Source: Cyanophora paradoxa CCMP329 (Eukaryota; Plantae; Glaucophyta). From it: 64,000 bases of DNA. The notes under the pieces were generated by a model. It was not told where the DNA came from. It saw nothing but the letters and a program-made list of their open reading frames with translations, and made no database searches. Positions 52,054 to 64,000 of the stretch are shown here, piece after piece. Numbering within the stretch: position 1 is the stretch's first letter; each line of letters starts with the position of its first letter. The stretch covers positions 1 to 64,000 of the forward strand of contig QPMI01000183.1 in the NCBI GenBank assembly GCA_004431415.1. Reading direction: 5' to 3'. A program made the translations under genes and the position numbers.

Positions 52054-54487
52054 CTACGCGCCGGCACCCTCGGGGAGAAGGAAGGATTCTTCCCAGCGGC
52101 GCGTCCTGCGGCGGGGGTGAGGGGGGCGGGCGGGGCGGGGCGGGGCGGGGCGGGGCGGGGCGGGGCGGGGCGGGGCGGACGCGGGGAAGTAGGTGTAGAA
52201 GGGGGCGTCGGAGGCGAGGCCGGAGAAGGAGGAGGGGTTCGCGCAGCGGCACTCCCGGTACCGCGCGTGGAACGGCTGGTACGTGTCCCCCAGCAGCAGC
52301 TGCCCCCCCGCCACCTCGGCCCGCGCCCCTCGGCGGGGCCCCGCGCGGCGCTGCGCACCACCTCCGGGACTGGGTAGAGGAAGAGGGAGGTGTCGTGGGG
52401 CCACGCGATGGGGTGCGCGTTCGTCGGCGCGGGGTACAGGTGCGACTGGCTCAACAGCGTGCGCAGCAGCTGCAGCGGGGTTCGGGGGCCGGGGGGCGGG
52501 GAGGGGGGAAGGGGGGGGTCGGGGGGGGGGGGGGCGGGGCAGGCTGGGGCGAGCGGACCCGCTTGGGGTTGGTGTTGGGGCGCCCCTGGGCGTCCACGCA
52601 GGGGGGGTAGTCGGGGTCGTTGTCCTCCTCCTCCTCCTGCCCGCCCGTGAGTCGAGAGCGCGCCGGGCGGGACGGGGCGGGCCGGGGCGGGCCTCGATCT
52701 GCTCGGGGAGCGGGAGGCGGCGGCGGAGCATGTGGAGCATGAGGTCCTCCCGGAAGACCACGATGCGCTGCGTGAACAGCTGCAGCCTGTGCCGGCGGTC
52801 GGCACTGGATCGAGCGCCGAGGGCGGCGGGGGGCGCGGGGCACCGGCAGGGGTTGGAGACGAAGTGGGCGCGCTGGAGGACCTGCGCGGGCGGGGGTGGG
52901 CGGGCGGGCGGGCGCGGTGGGAAGACCGCGGGGCTGCGGGGTGCGGACGTCGCGGAGGGGCTGGGCGAAGTAGGCGGGGATGGCGGGGCGGGGTAGGATG
53001 GAGTAGACGCCCGGGTCGTTGCTCCCGGGCACGAAGACGAAGTGCGTCTCCTCGCAGAGGCGCGGGAAGGAGCTGAGCATCCTCGCGAGCTCCTCGAAGG
53101 GCTGCCGCATGATCGTCGCCGACTCGCCGCGGTGCTCGCCTGTGCAGCGCCGCGAGAGGAAGCTCCCCATGAGCACGATCGCCGTGGGCATCACCCGCGC
53201 CTGCGCCACCTCGGGCTCCTCCCCCTCGGGCCCGTGGTACCCCTCGAAGAGCCGCCGCAGCCGGTCCATCACCTGCCGCCCGCCCCCGCGTGAGGGCGGC
53301 GGGGCGGGGGCGGGGTGGGGCGGGGCGGGTGCGGGGGGCGTGCCTCGGGCCTGTCGAGGTGGACGTCGCAGAGGGCGACGATCATGGCGTCCTCGGCGGC
53401 CTCCTCGAGGCGGGCGAGCTGCACGTACTCCTTGCTCCCGGGCCGCTCCCCGTGGAAGTCGGCGTCCGAGAAGGCCGAGAGCGACTCCTCCACGGCCTCC
53501 GGCGGCGCCATCGCGATGTGCAGCGCCTTCAGCACCTTCCCGCACATCTGCCCCTCCACGATCACCATGCTGTTCTGCGTGTAGAAGCCCTTCGTCGCGC
53601 TGTGCCGGCCTTCTGTCGAGGACCGCGGCGGCGCGGCGCGCGGCGGCGGCGCGCGGCGGGCGGGCGCGGGCAAGCGGGCGGGGCGCAAGGATATTGCCTC
53701 CGACCAGTCGAGGGGTACGAAGCCGCCGGGGTCCTCGAGGTACAGCGTCCCTTCCTCGATCTCAGTCAGCATGCCAAGCACGAAGTGGCTCTCTTTCGAG
53801 TTCTTCATCGTGTTCACGTCCACCAGCTGCGCCCCGCCCCGCGAGCTCGGCCCCCCGCCCCCGCCCCGCGCCGACCGCGGGTCGCGCACCTTCAGCGTGG
53901 GCGCCTGCGGCGTCAGGCCCGCCGTGGGAGGAGGCGGCGCAAAGCTCTTGTGTCGCCTCAGCCGCTGATAAGTCACGTTGTAGCGCCCGCGGAAGGCGGC
54001 CGCCCGTGCGCTTGGGCCCGCGAAGATTCCCGGCGCGGGTCGCTCATCGCTGCGCGGATCTCACACTGCAGAAATCGCACTTCGGTGCCGACGAGGGCGC
54101 ACGGTATGTAGATGCGAGACTGCGGGTGCAGCTGCAGCCGCGGGCACTGGAACGCGTCCCGCACGGTGAAGACGTCCCGGGAGTCGATTTCCATGTCCGC
54201 CGCGAGGATCATCGACTCGGCCGCGACGGTCTCAAGCTTCGTTTTGTCCATCGGCTCACCCGCGACTGCGCACGGCAACTCATGACCAGCACACGGCGCC
54301 AACAGCGCGAGCCCGGCGCACGTTTGCTGGCAGGAAGGGCGGCGAGGAGTTTCTCCAACTTCTGCTGCCATTCTTCCCGCGGCATTTGCTTGAACATGTC
54401 CTTCAGGAAAGCCACGGCGTCCGGGCGGAGCAAGAGGTTGCGCCGGCCGAACGCCTTGACGATGTGCTTCTGGATCTGGACATCCAT
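52054..54487 (-). CDS. POLE2: DNA polymerase epsilon subunit 2 (DPB2)
   Basis: MDVQIQKHIVKAF...; VLGMLTEIEEGTLYLEDP; DVHLDRPE; IVLMGSF; FVFVPGSNDPG..ILPRP; SNPCR; VFREDL; TLLSQSHLYP; LYPVPE. Confidence 0.95.
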
Positions 54488-54871
54488 GCTGCCCAGCTCA
54501 CCGGCACGCGCTCGAACCGGCCTCCTCCCTGCTTCGCTGCGGCCGCCGGGTTCCCGCCTTCAAAAGTAGAACACAGTACCCTTGCCTGGGGAACAAACGG
54601 TTGGGGAGTACACATCCCCAGGTCGGAAGCGTTCGGCCCCAAGCCACACTCAGCCGCGGAACTGCAGAAATTTGCTATGAGTATGTGTTAGCTGCATTCT
54701 TGCGCTAGCAAGACCCGCACGCACGGGCACGTAAATAGCGATCCGGCCGTGCTGGGCGGGCACGCCGCGAGGGTCGCTCATCGGCAGAGCGAGCCTCTAA
54801 GTGCGCATTTCTGCGGCTGGAAACGCGCCCCTCCCTCTGCTGCGCATGTAGCTAAGGAAGTTGTGCAGGCG

Positions 54872-57800
54872 ATGCCCCGCCTGGTGGAGGGGGCGCCGGT
54901 GGCCTCGCGCGGCTACCTGGACACGACTATATCGACGCCGCCTTCTGCCACTCGAGAATTGCCCCTGCAGTCGCCGCTCGAAGGTTATGGCGGCGGGGAG
55001 CTGCCTTCGGCCTCCAGGCGCGCCCCTTTCGAGCTCGGAATCCACCGCGCTGACTCCGCGCAGCATCGTAGACCTCGAGAATAAGCCGTTCGCGGCGGTG
55101 TCGCCCGGGGACCTGGCGCACTTGCTGCGGGTCCGGATCGGCGCGGCACTCGTGATCCAGCGCTGGTGGCGCCGCCGGAAGCGCCTCATCGAGCTCCGCT
55201 TCCGCAGGAAGCTCAAACGTCCGCGGCCCAGCCCCGCGCCCCGCGCCGCGCGCCTTCGCCGACGCGGCGCAGTGGTGGCGAGGGCGCGACGGCACTCGGC
55301 GACGCTCGCCACCTCGCGGACCTTCGCGGCCGCGAGGCCCTCCCACTGCACCGACTTCCTCGGGCAGGGCTACGTCGCCGGTGCGCGCCCCGCCGGCGGC
55401 CCGGACACCGCGCCCCGCGGGGCCCCTGAGGGGGCGGCAGACTTCTTCCCGGTGCTGGAGGAGTGGTGCGCGGTGGGGATGAGCCGGGAGGGGGCCCCCG
55501 CGCTCGACGACCTCCGCGTCGCCCAGTCCATTGTCTACAAGAACGGCGTGCGCCGCCGGCCCCGCCTGAGCGGCCCCCGCCAGCCCCGCCGCGCGGCCGA
55601 GCGCCGGAGCAGGTGATCGCGTACTGGCTCTACCGGGACGACAAGTCGGGGGCGGTGCGGCTGCGGAAGCGGAACGAGGCGATCCTGCCGAACATCATGG
55701 CCGCCTTCGGGGAGCCGGTGGCCGGCACCGACGTCTGCGCCCTCTACGTCGCCCTCGCCTCCGACCCCAAGCCCGGCGAGGAGCCCGTCACCGTCGAGTT
55801 CTTCGACCAGCGCCGCCTCCGTGCCCCGCCGCCGCCGCCTCCCTCCCCTCCCCCTCCCCCCTCACCCCGCGCCCCGCAGGCCTCTTCCTCTCGGGCCCGA
55901 AGCGCGAGGACGGGCTCCTCCAGCGCTACTTCCCCCCGCTCGGCGAGTCCGAGAGTGCGCCCCCGCCCGCACGCCCCCCGCACCCGCCCTCGCCCCCGCC
56001 CCTCACCCGCCCCGTCCCCAGCGACCTACCGCGTGACCTGGTCCGCCGGCCTCTTCAAGGTGCCGCCCCCGAGGGGAGGCACCGGGAGGCGGGGCCGGAG
56101 AGAGAGCGTCGGGGGCGCAGGTTGAGCAGCGCACGAACCTTGCGAAGTGGTCGGACCCCGGCACGCACCGCTACCGCCGCTGCACCACCTTCGACGGGCC
56201 CCCGCACTTCTCCCGCCTCTGTCCGCTCCCCTGCGCCCGCCCCAGCCCGGACCGGCGGCTCGTTGACCGGGGGGCAGACGAGCTGGAGCACCGGCACCGG
56301 GTGTACAAGCGCATCTACTCGCTCACGCGCCGCCTCGTGCAGGCCATCGAGGCGCGCCGGGCCGGGCCTCGCCGGCCCCGCGGCGCTGGAGGCGGCTGAG
56401 GCGGGGGCGGGGCGGGGGGGCAGGTGACGCGGGTGGAGTGGCGGCCGCGCTACCTGGTGCTCAACTGGAAGTTCGACCAGCGCGACCGCCTCCACCTCCT
56501 CTGGTGCTCCACCCTCCGCTACGCCAACGCCGTCCGCCCCCTTCCCCCCTCCCCGCCCGCTTCTCCCTCATGGAGGCGCGGCGGGCAGGAGACGGGCGCC
56601 TCGTTCTGCCTGCAGTGCGGGCGCCAGGTCGTCGGCAACATCGCCATGTACAACAAGTCCATCGCCGACCGGTGCCCGCCCCCGCCCCTCTTTTCCCCTC
56701 CCCGCCCCCCCTCTCCGACGCGCGCGGGGGCGCAGGAACCTGCCGTTCCGCAAGGTGACGGAGGCGGACCTGCGGCCGCCGCGCCCCGCCGCGGCGGCGG
56801 CTCCCGCGCCGGCGGCTTCCTCGCGGGGGCGGGCGGGGCAGGGCGGGGGTGCGGGGCGGGGGCGTGCGGGGCGGGGCGGGGCCTCGGAGGCGGGGGCGAG
56901 ACGGAGGAGGAGTCGGCCTCCGCCTCCGTCTCCATGTCCGCCAGCGCCCGCACCTTCAGGCCCGCCCGCCCCCGCCCCCGCCCCGTTCGCCCCGCCCCGC
57001 CCCGCTGACGCCCGGGCGCCCGCAGCCGCCCCACGTCGGCGCACCAGTCGTTGGCGGCCTCGCCGGCGCTGCGCCCGGCGCGGGCCCCCGGGGGCGAGCC
57101 CCCGCCGCTCAAGCCGGCGAGCGCGACGCGGCTGGAGGCGGCGCGCGTGGCCGAGGGGCCCGAGGAGGAGGAGGAGGAGGAGGAGGAGGCGGGGGCGCAC
57201 TCGGCGCGCTCGGCGGCGGAGCGGGCGCTCTTCGAGGGGCTCCTCCGCCACGCCCTGGGCGAGGAGGAGGGGTCGGAGGGGTCGGGGGCGGGGGCGGGGG
57301 CCGGGGGCGGGCTGCCGGCGGTGCTGGAGTTCTGGGAGGTCTTCGAGGAGGACGCGGACGCCGTCCCGGGCGTCCTCGAGGCCCTCGCCGACGGCCCCGA
57401 GCCCCGCCCGGGCCCCCCCCGCTCGCCCCCGCTCCCCCTCCTCGACGCCGAGCTCAGGCGCGCCGCCCCCGCGGCGGAGTGCGCGGAGGGCGCCGAGGAG
57501 GCGTACGAGTTCGAGTACGCGTACGGGTCGGGGCGGGGGCAGGAGGGGGAGGGGGAGGCGCTGTTCGTGGAGGACGCGGGGCAGGGCGAGTGGGAGGGCG
57601 ACGCCGTCGAGGGCCACGACCCCGGGCCCGGCCACGCCCCCCGCCCCGCATCCGCCGCCCCCTGGCGCGCCCGCTCCGCCCTCAGCCCCGCCCCCGCCTC
57701 CCCGCCCGCCTCCCCGCCCCCGCCTCCTCCGGCGCCCCGCCCGCGCACCCCCCGCCCGGCCCTGCGGTTCACGGCGCGCCGCCCTCGCCGGGAGGGCGCG

Positions 57801-58556
57801 CGGGCGGGGCGGGGGAGCGGGGGCCGGCCTCGGGGGCCGGGGGCGCGGGGCGGGCTCGAAGCCGCCGCCCTCGCCGCCCCTCACCCTCGGGGGCGGGCCC
57901 CTCTTCTCCCGCCGCGACTACGACGGCGGGTGGGTCGGCCCCGGCCCGCCGCGCCGCCCGCCCTCGCCCGCTCGCCCCGCCACCGCCCCCGCCCTCTCCG
58001 CCTCCGCCTCGGCCCCCGCGCTGGGCACGGCTGGGGCCTGCGGTACAGCGGGCTGGCGGGTCGGGGCGGGGGCGGGGGCGGGGCGGCGGGGCGGGGCGGC
58101 GGGGCGCTCGCCGTCGACGGCCTCGCTCGTGGACCGGCTGCGCGAGGCGCTGCAGGCCCCGCCGCCCCCGCCCCGCCCAACTTCGGCGCCCGCCTCCTCC
58201 TCCCCTCCTCCCCCGCCGCCCCCGCCCTGCGGGGCCCCCAGCGCTCCCGCCCCCGCACCGCGAGCCCGCCCCGCGTGATCGGGGCGCCCAACTCGCGGGC
58301 CCCCCTGCCGCCCTACGTCGCCGCCGCCCCCTCGGCCGCCGCGACGCCCCTCTCCGGCGGCTACGCGTACGGCTCCTTGTCCTCGCTGTACGCCGTGCCC
58401 GACCTCCTCTCCGCCGCGGCGGGCGCCGGGCCCCCCGCGGGGTACGACGAGCTCTCCCCGCCCCTGAGCTGGCCCCTCGCGTACCTCCTGGCCGGCGCCT
58501 CCTCCCCCGGACCACGCCGCGGGGGCCCTTCGAACCCCCGGGTTTCCAGAAGATAG
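54872..58556 (+). CDS. Uncharacterised multi-exon protein with IQ-like motif and long low-complexity C-terminus
   Basis: AALVIQRWWRRRK; spliceable globular exons (VIAYWLYRDDKSG, VEFFDQ, GLLQRYFPPLG, YRVTWS, LNWKFDQRDRLHLLWC). Both ends uncertain. Confidence 0.6.
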
Positions 58557-59797
58557 GCCCGTGTCCCTCTAGATCTTCAGGCCCCCTTCAGCAATTCTAG
58601 AAATTCTCAAGAAGATTTCTGAGGCTCCATCACCGTGCACGTGGCACCCGGCCCTGTGAAATGGCCTTTGATCATCGGATCATGACGTCGACCGCGTGGG
58701 ACCATGAAGCGTTTTCGAGGCGGATCCGTAACTGCCAGCAACATGCATACGCCTAGACCTGGTAGACTCTGCTGAGACCAGGCCGCTCGATGAGCCTCGA
58801 GCTCCGAGCTCTATAGCTAGCTCCGCGGCCGAGGCTCGATCATCGGATCGCGAGTCCAGATTCGCGACGTCGACGTCGACTCGGCGAGCTCCGGAGCTCG
58901 ATCGCGAGGCGCCGCGGCGCCCCGACTCCCGAGGCCGCGGCCGCTAGCGCTAGCGCTCGACGGCGAGCTCGCGCGCACTCTCGAGCTCAGTCTATAGCTA
59001 TAGCTAGCTGCACTGGCGCCGCAGTCTGGCGGCGCTATATATATATATAAAGCTGCAGCTGGCTTTAGCGCGCGGCCGGCGCCGCGGTACTCTGCAGCTG
59101 GCCATGCATATGGCCATATGCATTGAGACGGCTTTCGAATTCGAATTCACCAGAATTGCACTATGAGCGAGGGGGGTAGGGTGTTCCGCACACAAAGCCA
59201 GTTGAGCGTTTGAGCATGAGCAGCGTTGAACAACTTGAACTATAGGCGCGCGGATGCCGCGAAATGGCACTCATCGGTGATCCAGCCTCATCATGATCAT
59301 GGCGCTGAGCTGCGCTGAGTGCGCTCCGCGCGTGCAACACGTACACGTATGGTGCGCCAGCTGCAGGCAGTGCGGCCACGCCGCCAGCTGCAGCTGCCAG
59401 TCTGGCAGTCCGGCGGCTGTAGCGAGTTCCGAGGTTTGTCGGCGTCGTCGATGAATGAGCGGAGATATCCAGCTAGCCCCCTCGCCGGCGCTATTGAAGC
59501 CTCGCGATCGGAATCACGGAGCTCCTCCTGTGATCGATCCCTGGTTGCTCTTCAAGGTTGCGGCTAACTTAATAAGGCCGCACTGTTTCGTGCTCAAAGG
59601 CGCCACGCAACTGCATCGTTGACCTTCTGCAATCACCTTGATCAGCTTACCGTAGTACGCGTGTCGCCGTGCGCACGCAAAAACCGCAGCCGATCTTCAG
59701 GCCAGCTGTGAGTTGTCGTATTCCTTCCAGCGACCGGCCTCGCTGGTTTCTGGACGCACGGCGTCGCGTTCGACGGCGATCGTGGCGCGGTGACAAC

Positions 59798-60863
59798 ATG
59801 CCTGGCGACGGCATCGCTCCGAGGCCCGTCCGCATGGGACTCGCTGCAGCTGGAGCGGGCCTGGGGGCCGCTGAGGAGCGGGGCGAAGCGGCGGAGACGC
59901 TGCAGGCGGCGGCGGCCCTCCTCGTCGGCGCCGGGGGCTCCTCCATCGACGTCGCGGAGCTCGTCCAGTTCGTCACGGCCCGCGGTCCGGCCCCTTCCTC
60001 GCCCCGGCGTCGACGTCCCGGAACCGGCGGCTCTGACGTTGGCCGGCGGGTCGCAGGCGGATACGCGGCGATGGAGAGGGAGGCGGACTGGGCGGAGGCT
60101 GGCGCCCGCGCCGTCCGCGCCGGCCCGGGGAACGCCCGCCCCATGCCCTCCACCCTCCGCTTCGTGCGCCCGCCTCCCCTCGCCTCCGCCGGCCCTGAAG
60201 GCGCGCCGCAGGTCTACGAGGTCTTCGGCCTGCCTGCCGAGCTGCGGCGCCTCCCGGCCCGTTGGCGGCGCTCCGCGGCAGCCTTCCGCGCGGCGGCCGC
60301 CGCCGCTGCCGCCGCGGACGGGGAGGAGGGGATGCTTTCCGGGGAGGACGGGGAGGACTGCGGGCCCCCGCCGCGGGCGGCCAAGCGGCCTCGGACGGTC
60401 GGGCCGCCCGCGGAGGCCGCTCCGGCTCCGTCGGAGGCGCTGCCGGGCGGGTGGCGGCGGGATCGTGGCGGCCTTCGCGGCGGCGCGCCCGCCGCTGCGC
60501 GAGCTCGCCGCGCTGCGCCTCGTCTCCCGGTCGTGGCGCGGGGCCGTCGACGCGGCGCCGCCTTCCGTCTACGCCCTCGCCTGCTTCCGCGGGGCGCGCA
60601 TCCCGCGGGAGGGCGCCCCCTTCCTGCTCGCCGCCCTCCGCCGCGGCGCCGAGGGCGGCTCCGCGGAGGCGTGCCATGGCCTGGCCTTCGCGACGTTCAT
60701 GGGGTGGGCCGGCGCCGAGGCGAACCGGCCCCTGGCGGTGGGCCTCGCGATGCGCGCCGCCACCCTCGGGCACCCCGACGCCGCCGAGGCCGCCGCCCAC
60801 ATGGTCCTCTTCGTCGACCGCCAGCCGGCCCCGGCCCCGGCCCCGGTACCGCCCGCCCTCTAG
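59798..60863 (+). CDS. F-box-like/Sel1-like repeat protein
   Basis: ELAALRLVSRSWR (F-box C-terminal half) followed by RRGAEGGSAEACHGLA...RAATLGHPDA (Sel1-like). 5' exons uncertain. Confidence 0.5.
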
Positions 60864-61865
60864 TTCTCTCCCTGTCACCTTTTCTCGGAGCGCTAGTTCG
60901 CACGCTCCTGTTCAGCCGCTGAGCGGCCGTCTAGTCAACCCTATAAAAATTGTTGATAACAACTACAGTAACTAGTAGCGCAGTCTCTATATTCCAGTGA
61001 TGTTTGTCATTTCCTGGACCCAGCTTCTTGCGCCCCTCTGTTGTATTTTAGACCATGAGATCGCCAGATCTGCTATGAACTCGAGCCTTAACCTATGAAT
61101 TTTCTGACGTTTTGATCACGGGTAGCCTAGAAGCATTGGCTCATGCTATGATGCCCAACCAGCAGCAGATTACCGATCGTGATTACGTTCCACCTAGCGC
61201 CGATGCCTGTCCCGCACTACCGTAGTACGGTAGGCCCGTAGTATCGTAGTACATGTCACACACACTGTGAGACACAGTGTCTTTCGCTCTAGGTGTTTAA
61301 ATTTTAATTTGCTTTACCGTCCGACCGTCGGATCCCTTCTGTCGACGTCATGATTATAGTGTCTCTCTCTTTCTCTCGGATCTTTCTCTCGAATCGAATT
61401 CAAATTCTGAATTCGATCGAAGCTTTATGCATATCATAGTATGATTGCGTATACGTACTCAGTAGTACTTATACCAAGTTATAGGCTCCTTCGAGTATAC
61501 GTATACGTAGATGTTTACGTTTTGGCCAAGCCTTCAAGGGCCAATTGCAAATTAATGTGAGTTTCAAGTTTCAAAAACCTTTTGAAGCTCCCCGGGCCCA
61601 CAGCTGCGTGCGTACTGCGGCCTGCGCGTACGCGTCCATCGACGTCGACTCGTGCATGCAAATGTGGTTTAGACCATTTTTAGGTTTGCCGCCGGCTGCT
61701 GTTGATCATGACGTCGACGTCGATCGCGGCCGGGCGCGCGCACGCTGTACAGTGTACATGTGCGCGGCTGGATCAAATTGTTGACGGGTACGGTATATCC
61801 CCGTCCCGCTCTGACCTATAGCTAGGCCTAGGCCTGAAAGCTCGGACCTGGTCGCTCAGTAAAAG

Positions 61866-63533
61866 ATGCCCTATGGCGGCGAAGATGCCGAGGCCCTGTG
61901 CGGGCGGCTGCGCCAGCTGGTTACCCAGGACGGTTCGGGTGGCGGGGCGACCGCGGCGAAGCTCATAGACGACCTCAAGGTGCCTTCACGCGCGCTAGTT
62001 GATCCGCAGATTCGAGGCCTCACCGGCGGGCGGCAGGCGCGGCCCGCGGAGGAGGCATCCGTCGCAGCGACCAGGCTTATGCAGGACGAGAATTTCGCCG
62101 ATACAATCTTCGCGAAGCTGGCGCGGAAGCAGATAGGGCATGTGCGCCAAAGCGCCAGGCCTCCATCAAATCCCGGAGTCAGTCCTAACACCGCGCGCTC
62201 CGCAGAAGGACGATGTGTTCTGCCAGTGGCTCTATGAGTGGTACCTGACCGGCAACGAGGGCGCGCAGCTGCTCGTTCTCCGCTTCGTCCCCATGCTCCT
62301 CTTCCACTACCTCACCCGGCTGTCGCATAACGACTTGCCGCCCGGTGCGCCGCGGGAGCGGTCGTGTGCGCCGCCGCAGTGGGCAAACGAGCGTCTGCAG
62401 CGGGCGTGGAGGCGCTGCTCGTCGGCATCTACAACTTCGACGCGCTGCGCCCGGCGAGCCAGCAGGCACCCGCGAACACCTTCCGCATGCCCTCCGCCTC
62501 CCTCTCTTCCCCCTTCCACGCCGGCCCGTCCGGAGCCTCGGCCGCCCTCGAGACTGTGACCGTCGAACCGCCTCCCCAGGTGCCCGCGGCTCCTGGCCAT
62601 GGGCCGGCCGGCCGCCGCGCCAGCGCCGCTGAGCGACCCGTAGCCGATCCGGGAGATGAACGCCGCGAACCGGCCGCTAGTGGCGCGCCTTTGCCTCTCC
62701 AAGTTCACGAGCGTCATATCCCGCATCCCCCTCTCCAGCCGCATCCACTTCTGCGAGGGGAGCCACAGGCGCGCCCTCCCCGCACCTCCCGCCCCCGCCC
62801 TCTGTCCCCGCCATCCCCGCCGACGCGGCGAGGCGCGGCAGGCTACTGGCGACCGGGTACCCGAAGCTGGGGATACGGAACGCGGCGCTGGTCGACACGC
62901 TCGCCAAGCACCCCGAGTGCGCCGCCGCCGCCGCCGCGCGCGCGCCAGGCGGCCTCACCGGCGTCGCGCAGACCGCAGGCGGCGAGGGCCGGTGAGGGGG
63001 CGGCGGCCGGCGGGGGAGCAGCGCGCCGGTGTACCGGACGTTCAGCCTGGGGCACGTGAAGCAGACGCTGAAGCTCGGGCACTCGAAGCGGAGCATCGTG
63101 GTGGACCCCGCCGTCGGCGCCGCCGCCTCCGGCGCCTACAGCTCCGCCACCTCCGCCGCCGAGCGCATGTGGGGCAGCGACGCCTCCGCCGCCGGCGCCG
63201 GCGCCGGCGCCCTCACCCTCTCCTCGAGCTCGGCCGACGGCGCGGCGGTGGCGGCGGCGCGGCGGCGGGGGGCGCGCGCGTGCCGCTGTGCCCGCAGACG
63301 ATCACGGCGATGCTGTCCGGGCTGGCCTTCTGCCTGCACGCGCCCCAGACCCGCCAGGTGCGCGAGAGACGGGCCGGGGGGTGCCGGAGGGGGCGGCAAG
63401 GGCGGGGCTGAGGGCGCTGGGGCAGGCGGCGCAGGCGGCGGTGGACGCGGCGCACGGGCGGGCGGCGTACGACCTCCTCCCCGACGTCCTCCTCGTCTCC
63501 TCCTCCCTCCTCGCCATGCACGGCGTCCAGTAG
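61866..63533 (+). CDS. FAM126: Hyccin/FAM126 (PI4KA complex subunit)
   Basis: FCQWLYEWYLTG..LLVLRFVPMLLFHYL; GVEALLVGIYN; FRMPSASLSSPFH; AHGRAAYDLLPDVLLVSSSL. Confidence 0.85.
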
Positions 63534-63790
63534 CGCCCGACTGCAGCACTCGGCGCCCCCCGCATGGCCAGCGCCCCCCAACCCCCACCAGCCCCCACAT
63601 CGTCTTGTTGAATCTACTTCCGCTCGCGCGCTTCGTCTGCGAGCAGCAGGAACGCAGCGGGGCCCGCTGCTTAGCCGTTGTACCCGGGCCCGAGCCACTG
63701 TACCCGCGACCGAGCCACCGGTGCCGTACCCGGGCCCGAGCCGCTACCGCGCTAGTACCCGCTACGGCCCGCTACGGGAATCAGTGAGAA

Positions 63791-64000
63791 ATGGCGACGC
63801 TTGCGGCCCTGGAGAGGGTGGCCGAGGAGGTCGCCTCGCTCCCCGGGCACCTGGACAAGCAGGCCGTCCTCCGGCGCTACTTCAGCGACCTGAACAGTGA
63901 GCCCGGAAAGGTCTTCCTTGCTGTAAAGCTGCTTCTGCCGCTCAAGAACATAGACCAGCGGTACGGGGCGCGCTCGAAGTACTGTGCCGTGCGTACGCGT
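63791..64000 (+). CDS. 5' end of a probable ATP-dependent DNA ligase (LIG3/LIG4-type DNA-binding domain); runs off the window
   Basis: MATLAALERVAEEVASLPGHLDKQAVLRRYFS...VFLAVKLLLPLKNIDQR, then a GT donor. Resembles the ligase N-terminal KLLLP motif. Confidence 0.5.
   Translation, partial: MATLAALERVAEEVASLPGHLDKQAVLRRYFSDLNSEPGKVFLAVKLLLPLKNIDQRYGARSKYCAVRTR

Noticed and set aside
56519-58600. Long overlapping Pro/Arg/Gly/Ala ORFs on several frames (also 10219-12079, 13901-15427 and others)
   Set aside because: Stop-codon scarcity in very high-GC sequence. They read through introns or antisense strands and carry no domain signal.
58780-59010. Cloning-vector polylinker contamination
   Set aside because: The sites are chained X/revcomp(X) triplets with repeated sites, and the same texture occurs throughout the long intergenic regions.

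Overview
Gene-dense, very GC-rich eukaryotic nuclear DNA with many tiny introns (mostly about 45-90 nt). It most likely comes from a flagellated alga with a primary plastid; an MATFV- (Phe-4) transit peptide suggests a glaucophyte such as Cyanophora (inference only). Most long six-frame ORFs are GC artefacts, so genes were rebuilt by manual splicing. Recognisable genes: PPIL3 cyclophilin, a DoxX/SURF4-like protein, TRAIP-like RING ligase, a homeodomain-leucine zipper-PAS protein, a PWWP protein, a RING-jacalin fusion, TMEM181, MORN3, a plastid-targeted membrane protein, an ABCG half-transporter, SPATA20/YyaL, HELQ, POLE2, an IQ-motif protein, an F-box/Sel1-like protein, hyccin (FAM126) and the start of a DNA ligase. 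There is also a 5'-truncated non-LTR retrotransposon (RT-RNase H-Zn knuckle-Ulp1 protease) and a triplicated tRNA 3'-half. The strongest unusual signal is a stereotyped micro-insertion process, X -> X-revcomp(X)-X with X = 2-3 nt. It accounts for 8 of 8 insertions in the well-aligned cores of two local duplications and appears to have filled the intergenic DNA with short palindromes. The splicing code is also unusual: GY(G/C/A)CGC donors, frequent GC-AG introns, and many introns with a C-rich 5' half and a G-rich 3' end.
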